Positions 62,323 to 64,000 of a DNA stretch of 64,000 nt are shown piece by piece. Both the position numbers and the translations under genes were made by a program. Location of the stretch: the NCBI GenBank assembly GCA_964016885.1, contig OZ024743.1:13888001-13952000 (forward strand), written 5' to 3'. The stretch's first letter is position 1, and the number at the start of each line of letters is the position of its first letter. The DNA comes from Eledone cirrhosa (taxonomy: Eukaryota). Under the pieces are notes generated by a model. It made no database searches, was not told the origin of the DNA, and saw only the letters and a program-made list of their open reading frames with translations.

Positions 62323-64000
62323 ATATAAAAAAATATAAGAATATAAGAAATAATGTATGTAAAAGATAATGATTTCATAAACCAAAATATGGTTATAGTT
62401 ATGATTTCGTTCGTATTTGAAGTGTATGAATAAATTGTTTACATTGAAAATAATTAGTTGGGGCATTGTTTGAAAGTTGTAAATGCTGCTATGTCACTTT
62501 CAGTTAATTAAGAATAGAAAAGTAGTCAACATTGCCATCCCTCCCAAATGCACTTACACACTTCAAATATAAATGACATATCTAATAATTGAAGAAGTGC
62601 AGCTCTCAGTTACCTAGAGTTAATGTGTTACTTTAGCACATTTGTTTTATATTTAAATTCATAAAACAATTGTTTATACATTTTATAGTTGTGTATTTTG
62701 ATTTTGCAATATCTCGATGAACAGTAATGCCATCTTAAGTTGAGCTTTTGCATTTGGAGGTAGATTTATACCATGTTTATGGTTCTCAGTGTAGAGGTTG
62801 CTGGTACATATTTCAAGCAGCATTAAGTTTAAAATAATATATACTTGATTGATGTTGATAATATTTATATTTGTTAAAATAGATATAACAACTTGGTTAT
62901 TATTACTTGCATCTTCAAAAAATATTAATAAGGATATTTTAAACCACTATTTCTATTAAAGTAGCTATGTAACTAGTTAGAAACAATTCTTTTTAAATAC
63001 ACTCTATTTACTTGTTTGCTTACAGATGCATTCACAAGAATTTTAGATGAATTAAATATGTGTATCGAACATGATTACAGTCAATTGATATCTTAGTTAC
63101 CTCTCTGCATCAATCCAATCCAATTATAAATTTTTAGCTGAGACTGAGAGAACGGATAATTCTGCATCATATAATTCTGTATATATAAGAAAGTTAATTC
63201 ACCAGAAATGAATAAAAATAAATTAGAATATGGAAAAACCATGGTGGGTAACGGTTTATTATACCAATCTATACAAGAGAAAAATAATATTAACTATTTA
63301 TAAGACACAAATATATAGTTAACGTCGTGAGGATTTCATATTTGGCAAATTGTTGAAACAAATGTTCTTTATTTTCAATAGAAAATTCAAAGAAAGCAAA
63401 ACTATTCCCATTTATTATTCACAATTTTAGGTAGAAAATATACAACGATTATAGAGGAATTGAAATACAGTCGAGGGATTATTTTGTAAAGGAATGCGTT
63501 CTGGAATGGTCAATGTCAAGTCTTTGAACGAGGAGATTTTATGCTCTTGCATTTGTATTCTAATACGTTTCAGCACGACCTATTCGGGTGTATTAACAGA
63601 TCTACCTTTAGGAGTAGGAAACAAACACGAATATTATATATCTATATAGGTCTATATTCCGGTAAAATTAAAGTTAAGTCTTTCGGAATATTCTATTAAA
63701 TATTTTGAACTTTGTGAGTAGGAAGATCTTAACAAATAATGCTGTCTGATTATAATAGTAGCACAAATAATATGATAGGCAAATAATTGAGATGTCTGAC
63801 TATAATATTGTATGGAAAACATTGGAAGGAATAAGATGAATCACCACTTAAATAGTTGAAGAAGCTAAATTTCTAAAAAGGATAATAGTTTGATTTATTT
63901 ACGCATAATGATTATGGATATGAGTTGATGAATAATCCGGAAGAATGTCTGATAATTCAATGAAAGATATGACTGTTTGATGTAAAGCGCGTGTCTGTTT

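Overview
AT-rich, microsatellite-dense eukaryotic DNA with no recognisable host gene. The repeat types (tRNA-derived SINEs, Naiad-like Penelope elements, RTE/Tx1 LINE relics, a non-autonomous Helitron) suggest a mollusc, plausibly an octopus; this is inference only. Most ORF-track entries are microsatellite artefacts. The real coding relics are three Penelope-like element (PLE) RT/GIY-YIG copies (about 17.5-20.6 kb, 25.3-27.0 kb, 33.1-34.8 kb) and several decayed LINE fragments. The main signal lies between about 5 and 42 kb. At least eight distinct sequence families carrying type I hammerhead ribozyme (HHR) motifs sit in (TA)n tracts. About ten of these insertions share one layout: two 5'-truncated copies fused head-to-head, both 3' ends pointing outward into (TA)n, and one arm carrying an extra 35-170 bp tail. 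Sizes run from about 130 bp to about 5.4 kb. Junctions show fold-back palindromes, capture of local flank DNA and very short 3'-end-only insertions. All coordinates and alignments were read by eye.
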